From IMG/VR virus record IMGVR_UViG_3300031825_000045, positions 1-38,930 of that record: a DNA stretch of 38,930 bases. One strand, written 5' to 3'. The position numbers and the translations under genes were made by a program. The notes under the pieces were generated by a model. It was given only the letters and a program-made list of their open reading frames with translations, was not told the DNA's origin and did not search any database. Position 1 is the stretch's first letter. Every line of letters starts with the position of its first letter. Below, piece by piece: positions 7,736 to 16,500 of this stretch. The DNA is from a virus.

Positions 7736-7767
7736 TCGACAACCGGCGGCGGCGAGTTGCCGATCGG
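7736..7767 (+). promoter_or_regulatory. Promoter-like motif copy C: TCGACA-N11-CGAGTTGCCGATCGG
   Basis: On the plus strand, TCGACA is at 7736-7741 and CGAGTTGCC at 7753-7761. It lies 26 nt upstream of the HTH gene start. Confidence 0.45.
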
Positions 7768-7792
7768 CATCCGAACGAGCGACGGAGGGCCC

Positions 7793-8071
7793 ATGGGCGA
7801 ACGCAGAAACGACGGAACGGACGAGATGATGACGCGGGGCCGGGGGCCCCGCGTGCTCGTGGAAGGGGCGCGCGCGTGGCGCGCGCGCAACCGCCTATCG
7901 GTAAGCGCGGCGGCCGCCCGGCTCGGCATCAGCCGGCGGCAGTGGAGCTACATGGAGGCGGGGGTGCGCGGGGGCCGGGCGGTGACGGTGCCGCTCACGG
8001 TGCGCCTGGCGATGTGCGCGATCGAGCGTGGGATCCTCGACTACGACGGCTTCGAGACGGAGCTGGCTTAA
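7793..8071 (+). CDS. Small HTH (XRE-like) DNA-binding protein, 92 aa
   Basis: RBS GGAGGG lies 3 nt before the ATG. The segment ARNRLSVSAAAARLGISRRQWSYMEAG reads as a helix-turn-helix. This is the only plus-strand gene in the region. Confidence 0.65.
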   Translation: MGERRNDGTDEMMTRGRGPRVLVEGARAWRARNRLSVSAAAARLGISRRQWSYMEAGVRGGRAVTVPLTVRLAMCAIERGILDYDGFETELA

Positions 8072-8095
8072 CCCAGCGCCTTCTCGTCCATCGGC

Positions 8096-8587
8096 TCAGT
8101 CATGGGTGGTGTCCTTGGGTTGGGTGGCGCTCCCCTGGGGGAGAGCGGCTTTCTGCTTAAGAAAGGCATTCAGCGCATCGTTCCAGTCATAGGCGGTCTT
8201 GCGATCCACGGTCTTGCTCTTGGTGACGCAGTCGCCGCGAAACTCATCCGGCCCGGTGAAGTAGCCTATCGTGAGCGCCGCCTCAGCCACCCTCCGCAAC
8301 CGCTCGCACTCCCTCCGGACCTCGTCGCGCTCCCGTTCGGCGGATTCGGCCTTTAGGCGCTGTGCCTCGGCGTCCCGCCAGTAGTTTTCACGCGCGTTCG
8401 TTAGCCGTTCGTTGTCCGATTCCAGTTCTTCCACCCGTGCCGTGAGGGCGTCGATACGGGCGGCCTGTTCCATAATTTCTCCATCGCGTTTCACGCACAT
8501 ATCGAACGTCGTTTTGAGCAGACTGTCGGTCACCTTATATTTTCGCTGTAGCGCGGCCAGCTCGTCGGTGTTGTCGGTCACGGTCAT
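8096..8587 (-). CDS. Hypothetical coiled-coil protein, 163 aa
   Basis: Heptad-like E/R/L-rich centre (ARIDALTARVEELESDNERLTNARENYWRDAEAQRLKAESAERERDEVRRECERLRR). ATGA overlap with the upstream gene. GC is visibly lower than in the flanks. Confidence 0.7.
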   Translation of the reverse strand: MTVTDNTDELAALQRKYKVTDSLLKTTFDMCVKRDGEIMEQAARIDALTARVEELESDNERLTNARENYWRDAEAQRLKAESAERERDEVRRECERLRRVAEAALTIGYFTGPDEFRGDCVTKSKTVDRKTAYDWNDALNAFLKQKAALPQGSATQPKDTTHD

Positions 8588-8991
8588 GCAGCGTTCCCCA
8601 AAAGCTCGATGTTCATGGGATGGACGTTCACCGCAAAGTCCCGGCCGTCGATCACCACATGGACGTGAGCGGTGCTTTTGCCTGGATAGACCACCTCGCC
8701 CTCAAGTCCCGTCGATGGGCCTTCGTTCTTGAGGCGGCACCGCTGGCCGATTCGCGGATCGACGCCGTAGGTGCGGCGCACGTACCCATAACCATCATCC
8801 GCTGGCATGGTCGTGGCGCGGCATTTCGTCTTCGCCAAAAACTCACGGAAGGAGCAGGGCCACGGCTCACTGAACCGGAGGTAGCACTGATAAAGCGCCT
8901 TGCTGCGCGAGAGTGCGCTATACGTCGCGGGCGGGAAACCGGCGACCTCCACCTCAAACAGACGATATCGCGGGCTCATAGTGTCCGTCAC
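8584..8991 (-). CDS. Hypothetical protein, 135 aa
   Basis: GTG start preceded by GGAG. No recognisable motif. Belongs to the lower-GC block. Confidence 0.65.
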   Translation of the reverse strand: MTDTMSPRYRLFEVEVAGFPPATYSALSRSKALYQCYLRFSEPWPCSFREFLAKTKCRATTMPADDGYGYVRRTYGVDPRIGQRCRLKNEGPSTGLEGEVVYPGKSTAHVHVVIDGRDFAVNVHPMNIELLGNAA

Positions 8992-9087
8992 GACTTCGCT
9001 CCATCGGTGGAGAGGGCCGTCGGGACTGCGCTGTCACGAACAACCGCCCCCATCTTCATCGGCTTCACGGCTGGCTTGCGCTTCCGC

Positions 9088-10095
9088 TCAACCATTGGTC
9101 CGCTCCTTGGCCGCGAGGGCCTTGTATTCCGCTCGCCAATCCTTCACGCGAAACTCACAATCCCGCCCGCATCCGACCTCATAGCCGTAGCAAGCGCACT
9201 TGGGGCACTGGAGCTTGCGAATCCACGTTTCCATGTCGGACAGCCCCTCTCCCGCCTCGGCCGGAGGCGTGGGTGCGCGGGCCTTCAGCGCCGCGAGGAG
9301 GTCGCGGATCAGGCGATGATCAGCACTTGGCGGCGCGATCGTCTCGTATTTCTCGTATTCTGCGATCCGCTTCTCCGCCCTCTCCCGCAGCGCCGCCGCG
9401 TCGGGCGAGGGGGTGAGGGCGGCCAGATGAGTGCGGATTGATTCCGCTGCGCTCTCCATGACCACGCGGCCAAAGTCTTTCTGCCCCTGTTCGTTGACTT
9501 CGGGGAAAATCTGCGGCGCGTAAGTTTCGAGCATTACTGCCGTTTGCTCCAACTCGCTCGGCTCTCCCTCTCGCGTGGGTGCCGGGCTGGCGGGGGCTAC
9601 AGCGCACTTCGGGCAGATGATGGTCCGCTCCAATTTCGTGCCGCACTCAAAGCACTCCCCCGCCTGCGTCGGCGCTTGCGCGGGGGCGGTGGACGGCATT
9701 CCCTCGATCATGTGTCTGACCATCGCCTCCGCCTGAATGGCGTCGAACAGATTGGTCCCTACTGGCCAGTCGTGATCCGCAGGAGGATGCATGTAGTTCG
9801 GGCGCTGGTAGCTGATCCCACCGTCAGGATTCCAGGGCTTAGGCAGCTTCCAGCACAGGAAGCGATCGACCATGTGCTTGACTTGGGCGTCGGTCAGCAT
9901 TGCAAGTTCCTTCTCGTTTGGCGGCGCGGGGGCGGCGAGAGCGGCGCAGATCGCTTCGGCTTGGGGTTGTACGATGGCGAAGCCGCCGCCTTCACATTCT
10001 GGAATCGCTTTGATCTTGAGGCCGATGATCCTGCACCAGCCCGGCATGGCCGAGTGGTAGCGCAACTCCAGCGCCTCTATGCTCTGCTCGGTCAT
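9088..10095 (-). CDS. Hypothetical multi-module protein, 335 aa, with Cys-pair (zinc-ribbon-like) motifs
   Basis: CFECG...CPKC and CPKCACYGYEVGCGRDC motifs are separated by Pro/Ala linkers. An AGGA-type RBS is present. Confidence 0.7.
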   Translation of the reverse strand: MTEQSIEALELRYHSAMPGWCRIIGLKIKAIPECEGGGFAIVQPQAEAICAALAAPAPPNEKELAMLTDAQVKHMVDRFLCWKLPKPWNPDGGISYQRPNYMHPPADHDWPVGTNLFDAIQAEAMVRHMIEGMPSTAPAQAPTQAGECFECGTKLERTIICPKCAVAPASPAPTREGEPSELEQTAVMLETYAPQIFPEVNEQGQKDFGRVVMESAAESIRTHLAALTPSPDAAALRERAEKRIAEYEKYETIAPPSADHRLIRDLLAALKARAPTPPAEAGEGLSDMETWIRKLQCPKCACYGYEVGCGRDCEFRVKDWRAEYKALAAKERTNG

Positions 10096-10187
10096 CGTTC
10101 CTGTTCCTTCTCGGTGAGTCGGGCCTTAAGGGCGGCGATGCAGAGAGCGAGAGGAAGCGTGGAATTGGGCGCGCATCTACGGTCCGT

Positions 10188-12095
10188 TCACACCATGCCC
10201 CGGTTGAGCGCGTCGAAGTCGAGGCCCGGGGCGCGGTCGCGCTCGTCGTCGGGGATCGGCGCGAACAGCGTGTCGTAGGGCAGCCAGGTGCCCTTGTAGT
10301 TCTGGCCGTCCATCCACTCCGGCCGGTTGTAGTCGCGGAGGCGCCCGTGCTCGTCGGCCATCTTGCCGAAGCGGGCGCCAGGGATGCGGCGCAGGTGGCG
10401 CACCCAGGCGCCGGTCTTGCCGGCGCGGCCGCCCCAGTCGCTGCCCTCGAACAGCTCGTGGAGCGCGCGATGGTTATTGGCGACGATGAGCCACGGCCGA
10501 TCGACGCCGACGCGATCGCGCGCCGGCAGCTTGAGCTTGATGCCGATCTTGGTCAGGGCCCGCAGCGCCCACTCCTGGCCTTCGCCGCGGTCGACCTGCC
10601 CGGCGGCCATGCGCAGGATCTCGCCGACCGACTTCTGCTCGCCGCGGCGATACGGGTCGACCTTCGACGAGGTGAGCCACGCCATCAGGTTCTCCTGGGC
10701 GCTGCCGGCGTCGGACAGCTCCATGAGATCGCCGGCGGCGAGCTTGCCCGCCCACGCCTCGCACTCGTCGACGTCGGGCACGTCGTCGGACAGCAGGATG
10801 AACGCGCACGCCAGCAGCGTGCCGAACGTCGCGCGGCCGCGCGCGGTGTGGCCGTGGGCGGCGAGCGCGGTCTTGAAGTTCTCCAGCACGTGCTCGAAGC
10901 GCATCCAGCCGTCGACCATGCGGCGGCGGAGCTGGTGCCCGGCGAGGCGGAGGGTCTGCGGGTCGAGCTTGGGCTCCTTGGCGCCGGCGGCGAGCGGCTT
11001 GAGCTCGAGGATCGCCATGCGCTGGTAATCCTGCGGCTGCAGCGGGGGCGGGTCGACGGCGGAGAACAGGAACGACGAGCGGACGCGGAAGTGGACCGCC
11101 TTGTGGTCGTTCGAACCGCGCATGACGAGGCCGCCGGACGCCGCCTGGCGCGCGAGCTTGATGACGTTGATCTGCTGGCGGTTGTCGCCGTCGCCCTCGA
11201 ACTCGTCGATGCGGATCGGCAGCGTCGCGTAGCCGACGGTCTGCCAGATCGACGCGGCCGACGGGTCGCTGGTCGACAGCATGCCGTCGCCCATGAGATG
11301 GCCGGTGAGCTCGAGCAGCGTCGACTTGCCGGTGCCGGGGCCGCCGGTGAGGAACTCGATCGAGCGCCAGTCGAGGGCGCCGGAGATGATCGCCGAGCCG
11401 ATCCAGCCCAAATGCAGGATGGCGTCGATCTCGCCGCGCTGGAAGTTCCAGCTCTTGATCGCCTCCAGCAGCGCCGCGGCCGGGCCGTCGGCATCGGCCG
11501 CCACGCGCACGGGCGCGAAGCGCGGCATCGGCGGCGCGGCCGGGTAGACATAGCCGTCGACGACGCCGGGGCGGTCCCACTTGCCGTCGGAAGCCTCGCG
11601 GCCCGAGGACGGCGCCGGGCTGATGTAGACCGAATCGCCGCAATGGAGGATCAGCTCGCCGCGCTCGCCGCGCCAGGCGCCGGCGCCGCGGATCTTCGAC
11701 AGCGGGTTCCACGGCCCGGCGGCGGCGCACGCGCCCATCAGCGCGTTGGCGGCGCGATCGACCTCGAAGCCGTTGTCCTCGCCCTTCTTGTTGGTGCGGC
11801 CCCAGTAGTCGTAGGGCATGTTCGTGAACGGGCCGAACAGCGAGATGATGCCGTTGCGCGAATGCTCGCGGAAGTGGAGCTCGCGGTATTGGCCGGTGGC
11901 GTCCAAATAAAAGTTGATGTCGCCGGCGACGCCGAGCGGCACCACGGGGCAGTCCGCGGGCAGCTCCTCCATGCCGCCGCCGGAGCCTTTCTTCTTCGGC
12001 GGCGCATCCTCGGGCGCGGCCTTCGTCTCCGGCGCGGGCGTGAACGGCTTGGCGCCGACGACGGTGAGACGCACGGGCGCGAGGGGGTCGGTCAA
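10188..12095 (-). CDS. P-loop replicative helicase / primase-associated NTPase (P4/D5-type SF3-like)
   Basis: Walker A GGPGTGKST and Walker B-like IRIDEFEGD. The N-terminal segment PVVPLGVAGDINFYLDATGQYREL is typical of this family. The start is uncertain. A TTG at 12095 overlaps the upstream stop as TTGA, and an ATG at 11972 is the alternative. Confidence 0.75.
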   Translation of the reverse strand: MTDPLAPVRLTVVGAKPFTPAPETKAAPEDAPPKKKGSGGGMEELPADCPVVPLGVAGDINFYLDATGQYRELHFREHSRNGIISLFGPFTNMPYDYWGRTNKKGEDNGFEVDRAANALMGACAAAGPWNPLSKIRGAGAWRGERGELILHCGDSVYISPAPSSGREASDGKWDRPGVVDGYVYPAAPPMPRFAPVRVAADADGPAAALLEAIKSWNFQRGEIDAILHLGWIGSAIISGALDWRSIEFLTGGPGTGKSTLLELTGHLMGDGMLSTSDPSAASIWQTVGYATLPIRIDEFEGDGDNRQQINVIKLARQAASGGLVMRGSNDHKAVHFRVRSSFLFSAVDPPPLQPQDYQRMAILELKPLAAGAKEPKLDPQTLRLAGHQLRRRMVDGWMRFEHVLENFKTALAAHGHTARGRATFGTLLACAFILLSDDVPDVDECEAWAGKLAAGDLMELSDAGSAQENLMAWLTSSKVDPYRRGEQKSVGEILRMAAGQVDRGEGQEWALRALTKIGIKLKLPARDRVGVDRPWLIVANNHRALHELFEGSDWGGRAGKTGAWVRHLRRIPGARFGKMADEHGRLRDYNRPEWMDGQNYKGTWLPYDTLFAPIPDDERDRAPGLDFDALNRGMV

Positions 12096-13132
12096 CGCGG
12101 GAACTCCCGATGCTCTTTGCCGTCGAGGAGCGCGCCGGCGGCCTTCTTGCCGACGCGCAGCATTGCCATCATGGAGGTGTCGATCAGGCGAGATTCCGGG
12201 AAATCCGGCTGCCATTCACGCACGCGGCCATCGCGCAGAACCGTCGCGACATGGTGGCCACCCCGATCGGCGGGATCGACGTTCGCGCTCGGCGCCCACT
12301 CACCCCACTGCTTGAAGAAGAAAGACACCCCCGCGGCGGCGCATTGGTCGCGCAGTGAGCGCACCCAGTCCGGGTGCATCGGCCGCGCGTTGGGGCCGCT
12401 CTCGCCGCCGGCGATGACCCAGTCGATCTGCTCACCCACAAGGAGACCGTTCAGATTGAACTTGGCCCCTGCGAAGAGATCGAGCGGCCCGAGCAGCGGC
12501 TCGGCCGAGATGAAGCGCACGGCCGCCGGCGTGGCGAGCAGGTGCGGGATGCGCTCGACGGCGCGGGCCTGGTCCTCGACCGAGACGCCAAGCCAGACGT
12601 TGGGTAAGAACTGGTGATGGGCGAGCCAATCGAAGCCGTCGTTGTGGCGCCCGCGCGGCTCATAGCCCATCCGCAAGGCGATCTCTTCCATCGCAAGCCA
12701 TCGCCCATGCTTCTGGATGTTGGAGCAGTAGGCCCGCATCCGCTCGGCGCGTTTCGTCAACACCTGGAACGTGTGCCGCGACGCCAGTGCCATGACGGCG
12801 AAGACCTTGTCGATCCACTCGTCAGGCACCGAGTCGTGGAACAGGTCGCTCATGCTGTTCACGAAGATGCGTCGCGGACGACTCCACCGAAGCGGCCGAT
12901 CGAGCACGCCCTCATTGAATTTCACCGTTCCCGACCAGACCGGCCGATGGTCCTTTCCCGCCAGCATGGTCGTGCCGAGATATGGGCTGCCGCCTCTACC
13001 GACCATCTGCAATTGATGGCGCCACGCTGCTTTCATCGCGTAGCAGTTCGTGCAGCCGGGGCTCACGATGGAACACCCAACGACGGGATTCCACGTCGCG
13101 TCGGTCCATTCGATCTTGGTCTTATCGCTCAC
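12092..13132 (-). CDS. Phage Gp37/Gp68 (DUF5131-type) protein
   Basis: The start SDKTKIEWTDATWNPVVGCSIVSPGCTNCYA is the characteristic N-terminal Cys motif of this family. The GTG start overlaps the primase stop as GTGA. Confidence 0.75.
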   Translation of the reverse strand: MSDKTKIEWTDATWNPVVGCSIVSPGCTNCYAMKAAWRHQLQMVGRGGSPYLGTTMLAGKDHRPVWSGTVKFNEGVLDRPLRWSRPRRIFVNSMSDLFHDSVPDEWIDKVFAVMALASRHTFQVLTKRAERMRAYCSNIQKHGRWLAMEEIALRMGYEPRGRHNDGFDWLAHHQFLPNVWLGVSVEDQARAVERIPHLLATPAAVRFISAEPLLGPLDLFAGAKFNLNGLLVGEQIDWVIAGGESGPNARPMHPDWVRSLRDQCAAAGVSFFFKQWGEWAPSANVDPADRGGHHVATVLRDGRVREWQPDFPESRLIDTSMMAMLRVGKKAAGALLDGKEHREFPR

Positions 13133-14244
13133 GCCACGTTCCCCCGTGTCAGCAGTTCGTTGACGTCCTTGACGCCCGCGGCGGGGCGGGCGATGCGCAC
13201 GCGGCGGCCGGCATGGTGGTGCGCGAGCGCCGCCATCTGCAGCGCCTTGGCGGCGACCTCGTTGGCGCCGTCGTTGTCGGCGACGAGGATGACCTCGGCG
13301 ACGTTCGGCGGCAGCCAGACGTTGCGCATGTTGGCGAGCGACACCGCGGCGACGACGCGGAGCTCGGGTGCGGCGAGCGCCACCGTCAGCGCGTCCTCGA
13401 TCCCCTCGGTGATGGCGACGACGTCGCCCGCGGGCGCGGCGTTGAAGCCCTTCCCCGACGCGCCGCGCGCGAGGCGGATGCTGCCGCCCTTCATGCGGCC
13501 GTAGACCATCTTCGGCTTCGGCACGTCGGCCTTGGTCACGCGCCCGTCGTCGCGAACGGCGAGGTAGGTCTTGTGCAGCGCCACGAAGTGTCCGGCGCGG
13601 GCCGAGGGCTCGCCCGCGACCAGCGCCACCATCGCCGGATAGTGGCCGCGCAGGATCGGCCGCGCGCCGTCGCGGTCGGGCGGGTCCCAGTACGGCAGGC
13701 GCGGATGGAAGCGCAGCGCCGAGGGCGGCCGCGCCAGCGCCGACAGCGCGATGCCGCGCCCGCCGAGGTAGCGTTCGACCGGCGTGCCGGCGAGCCCCTC
13801 GCGGGCCTCGAGCCAGAGCTTGAAGCCGACGTCGCGACGATGATCGGCGGCGTCGTCGGTGCGCGCGGGCGCGGGCGACGGCACGGGACGCTGTGCCTGG
13901 GGCACCGGCCGCGACGTGTCGAGGCCGAGCCAGTTCATCGCCCACCGCCAGGCCGCTTTCTTGTCGCCGCCGAAATTCACGTAGGCGATCAGGTCGAGCG
14001 CGTCGCCGCCCTTGCCCGCGGCGAAGTGGCCCCAGGTTCCGGCGCCCGCGCCGCGGATCTTGACCTTCATGCTGTCGCCGAGGCCGCCCTGGGCGCGGCG
14101 CGCGTCGACCCATTCGTCACCCTCGCGGCGGCCGGCCGGCAGCAGCTCCTGCGCCAGGGCCTCGATGCGGGCCCGCAAGCCGCCGACGACTTCGGATATC
14201 TCGACCAACCGGGTCACCGCCCGCTCGTTTTTCGGTAGAGGCAT
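13129..14244 (-). CDS. Toprim-domain DNA primase-like protein
   Basis: C-terminal VAITEGIEDALTV ... ILVADNDGANE ... VKDVNELL reads as a Toprim E...DxD pattern. The N-terminal half resembles prophage and plasmid primase N-domains. Confidence 0.7.
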   Translation of the reverse strand: MPLPKNERAVTRLVEISEVVGGLRARIEALAQELLPAGRREGDEWVDARRAQGGLGDSMKVKIRGAGAGTWGHFAAGKGGDALDLIAYVNFGGDKKAAWRWAMNWLGLDTSRPVPQAQRPVPSPAPARTDDAADHRRDVGFKLWLEAREGLAGTPVERYLGGRGIALSALARPPSALRFHPRLPYWDPPDRDGARPILRGHYPAMVALVAGEPSARAGHFVALHKTYLAVRDDGRVTKADVPKPKMVYGRMKGGSIRLARGASGKGFNAAPAGDVVAITEGIEDALTVALAAPELRVVAAVSLANMRNVWLPPNVAEVILVADNDGANEVAAKALQMAALAHHHAGRRVRIARPAAGVKDVNELLTRGNVA

Positions 14245-14438
14245 GATGCCATGAAGCGCTCGCAGGCGCGCTCGGCGAGGCGCTCGGGGTCGGTCGGCGC
14301 GCCGCGCGTCTCCGGCTCGGCGAGCGGCACGCGGCCGTCGAAGCCGCGCGACACCGGGCCGCCGCGGGCGAGCTGGCCCTGCACGGTGCGGACGGCGTGG
14401 CGCGGGCCGCGGCCGTGGGTGAACTCGGTCGCCATCAC
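14214..14438 (-). CDS. Hypothetical protein, 74 aa
   Basis: Strong GC3. The start overlaps the upstream stop, and the 3-prime end overlaps the primase start by 31 nt. Confidence 0.45.
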   Translation of the reverse strand: MMATEFTHGRGPRHAVRTVQGQLARGGPVSRGFDGRVPLAEPETRGAPTDPERLAERACERFMASCLYRKTSGR

Positions 14439-14629
14439 GCGCCCCCGAGCATGGCGACGATGTCGGGAAGCGCGAACACGAAGCGCGCGAGGATCGTCCC
14501 GCCGATCAGGACGATCGGCACCAGCATCAGCAGGCCGAGCGCGACGATGATGCCGGCGACGAGGATCTGCGCCGGCGTCAGCGGCTCGTAGGGCGACCCG
14601 AACGGATCGTCGTCGTAATGCCTACGCAT
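14435..14629 (-). CDS. Small membrane protein, 64 aa
   Basis: RBS AAGGAG lies 8 nt before the ATG. There is a hydrophobic stretch, ILVAGIIVALGLLMLVPIVLIGGTILARFVFAL. Confidence 0.6.
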   Translation of the reverse strand: MRRHYDDDPFGSPYEPLTPAQILVAGIIVALGLLMLVPIVLIGGTILARFVFALPDIVAMLGGA

Positions 14630-15017
14630 GGGCGGCACTCCTTTCGCTGCGCGCCGGAGCGCCCGCGCCCGCGCGCTTAAGCCGAAGCAGGTGCGCGGCG
14701 CGGCGCACCGCAACCAGCGGCCGCGCGAGCAGCGCGGCGATGATGGAAGCGGGCAGCGTCGACGGCCACGCCATGTCGAGGAACTTGATCTCGGCGTGGG
14801 TCCAGCGTTCGTTCGCGCGCGGCGGGCGTTCCACGTGAAACCGGGGCGATTCGGCTCCGTTCCGCGAAAATTCGGTCTCAGCGGCGAAGCGATAGCCTTC
14901 CAGCCACTGGATCATCGGCGCGCCGATCAAATGGCAGTCGCCGGGGCGCGCCTTGTTGACGAACGCGGCGAGCCCCGCGAGCGCGGTCGGCGTGGCGGAC
15001 GGCTCGGCGGGATTCAT
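14622..15017 (-). CDS. Hypothetical protein, 131 aa, possible SANT/Myb- or GcrA-like HTH at the C-terminus
   Basis: RWTHAEIKFLDMAWPSTLPASIIAALLARPLVAVRRAAHLLRLKR. ATGA overlap upstream. Confidence 0.55.
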   Translation of the reverse strand: MNPAEPSATPTALAGLAAFVNKARPGDCHLIGAPMIQWLEGYRFAAETEFSRNGAESPRFHVERPPRANERWTHAEIKFLDMAWPSTLPASIIAALLARPLVAVRRAAHLLRLKRAGAGAPARSERSAAHA

Positions 15018-15451
15018 GGCGCGGCCTCCGGTTGGGGATGGAGCAGCGGCAGACCGAGCGACGCGCGCCAGGCATCGACCAGCTCGTCCTGGATGACGAT
15101 CAGCTCGTCGACCACGGCGGCGATCAGCGACTTGGCGCGGCCGTCGCTGTCGGCGGCGCCAAGGTGGTTGCGGATGCCGCGCGGCGTGAGGCCGTACTGC
15201 AGCGACGTCGACAGCAGCACGGCGATGTCGTCGTAGAGGAAGTCGGACTCGGTGCCGACCTTCGACTTGCCGCGCAGGAAGACCTCGAGCACGCGCGGCG
15301 CGGCGGCGTCGGTCGGATCGTAGTTGGCGGTGATGTACAACCGGCGCGGCTGGGCGTGATCGTCGTGGGCGAACGCGATGACGCGCACTTCGCCGACGCG
15401 CCGATTCGGCAGGCGATGACGGATCGGCGGCGTGTCGAGCGCGGCGGTCAT
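15014..15451 (-). CDS. Hypothetical protein, 145 aa (weak TSCPD/RNR C-terminal-like resemblance)
   Basis: EVFLRGKSKVGTESDFLYDDIAVLLSTSLQYGLTP. ATGA overlaps at both ends. Confidence 0.6.
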   Translation of the reverse strand: MTAALDTPPIRHRLPNRRVGEVRVIAFAHDDHAQPRRLYITANYDPTDAAAPRVLEVFLRGKSKVGTESDFLYDDIAVLLSTSLQYGLTPRGIRNHLGAADSDGRAKSLIAAVVDELIVIQDELVDAWRASLGLPLLHPQPEAAP

Positions 15452-15927
15452 GCGAGATCTCCACAGCCTCGGCCGACCGTTGCGCCGCGATCGCACGGGT
15501 TGGTGAACTTTTCCCAGTGCACCCAGCCGCGCGGACAATGAAAGCCCCAGGCGCGAATCTTCGGCCCGGTGATGAACAGCGTCGAGCACGGCTTGCCGTC
15601 GATCAATGCGATGCGGTGCGCAGCCCATGGTGACCGAAATTTGAATGTACCCGCGCGGCGCAACGTCTCGACGTGAACGCCGCCTGCGCGAATGGTGTGT
15701 TCGATGTAGGAGCCCTGCAGCAGCAGGCTCATGTTGAACCACGGGTGATCGTGGAGCGCGCGGTCGTCGTCATCGCGCAGGAAAAAATGGAAATAGATGT
15801 TGAAGACCGGATTGCGGGGAATGATGAACCAGCGCATGAGATAGGGATTGTCATGGCCGCCGACGACGAAATCGGGGCGCCGCCGCGTGAGGCGCTGCAG
15901 AACGGCGAGAACGATCCGCGTCATCAC
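15448..15927 (-). CDS. Conserved hypothetical phage protein, 159 aa (HDHPW motif)
   Basis: YLMRWFIIPRN..NIYFHFFLRDDDDRALHDHPW. Start and stop both overlap neighbouring genes. Confidence 0.65.
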   Translation of the reverse strand: MMTRIVLAVLQRLTRRRPDFVVGGHDNPYLMRWFIIPRNPVFNIYFHFFLRDDDDRALHDHPWFNMSLLLQGSYIEHTIRAGGVHVETLRRAGTFKFRSPWAAHRIALIDGKPCSTLFITGPKIRAWGFHCPRGWVHWEKFTNPCDRGATVGRGCGDLA

Positions 15928-16160
15928 GCCGCCCTCTTGAGCTTGCGCGGGCGCGGCGCGCGGAGCTTCATCCAGGTGATGCCCCGCCGCTCCCAGGTCT
16001 CGAACGTGGCCTCGTTCTTGACCAGGACGTTGCCGAAGTAGCGCGGCTTGAAGTGCTCGTCGGCGTGGCGCAGGGCGGTGATGCGGCGGTCGTGGGGCAG
16101 GGCGGCCACCTCGCCGGTGCGGCAGAAGATCACGATCCAGTGTTTCGGCTTGGCCCCCAC
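15924..16160 (-). CDS. Hypothetical protein, 78 aa
   Basis: GTG start 6 nt after AGGAGG. High GC3. Confidence 0.6.
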   Translation of the reverse strand: MGAKPKHWIVIFCRTGEVAALPHDRRITALRHADEHFKPRYFGNVLVKNEATFETWERRGITWMKLRAPRPRKLKRAA

Positions 16161-16170
16161 CCTGCGCCTC

Positions 16171-16500
16171 CTATCCGCGCCGGGCGGCCGCTCGCCGCGC
16201 CGCCGAAGAGCCGCCGCCCTTCGCGATCCGGGAGGCGGAGCGCGAGGGGCGGCGAGTTTGGCGCGCGTTCGTTGCAGACGACGCGCCGGCCTTCGCGACG
16301 CGACCCACGGTCAGCGGCGGAAGATCGTAGAAATCGTTGGGCTGCACGCGACCGCCGGACCACGCGTAGATGCGCTCGACGATCTTCTTGCGCGGCACCC
16401 GGGAGCCGTAGCGGCCGAACACCTGCGGCTTGAGGCCAAGCTCGGAGGCGGCCTCGCTCTTGGTCTTGTTCTGCGCTTTGGTGAAGGCGAAGAGTTTCAC
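16171..16500 (-). CDS. Cro-like (YdaS-type HTH) early regulator with a long basic tail, 109 aa
   Basis: KSEAASELGLKPQVFGRYGSRVPRKKIVERIYAWSGGRVQPNDFY. It is divergent from the CI-like gene and is the first gene of the early operon. Confidence 0.65.
   Translation of the reverse strand: MKLFAFTKAQNKTKSEAASELGLKPQVFGRYGSRVPRKKIVERIYAWSGGRVQPNDFYDLPPLTVGRVAKAGASSATNARQTRRPSRSASRIAKGGGSSAARRAAARRG

Noticed and set aside
8992-9087. 23-aa ORF (MKMGAVVRDSAVPTALSTDGAKS) overlapping the start of the 135-aa gene
   Set aside because: It is too short, has no RBS, and its coding bias cannot be judged.
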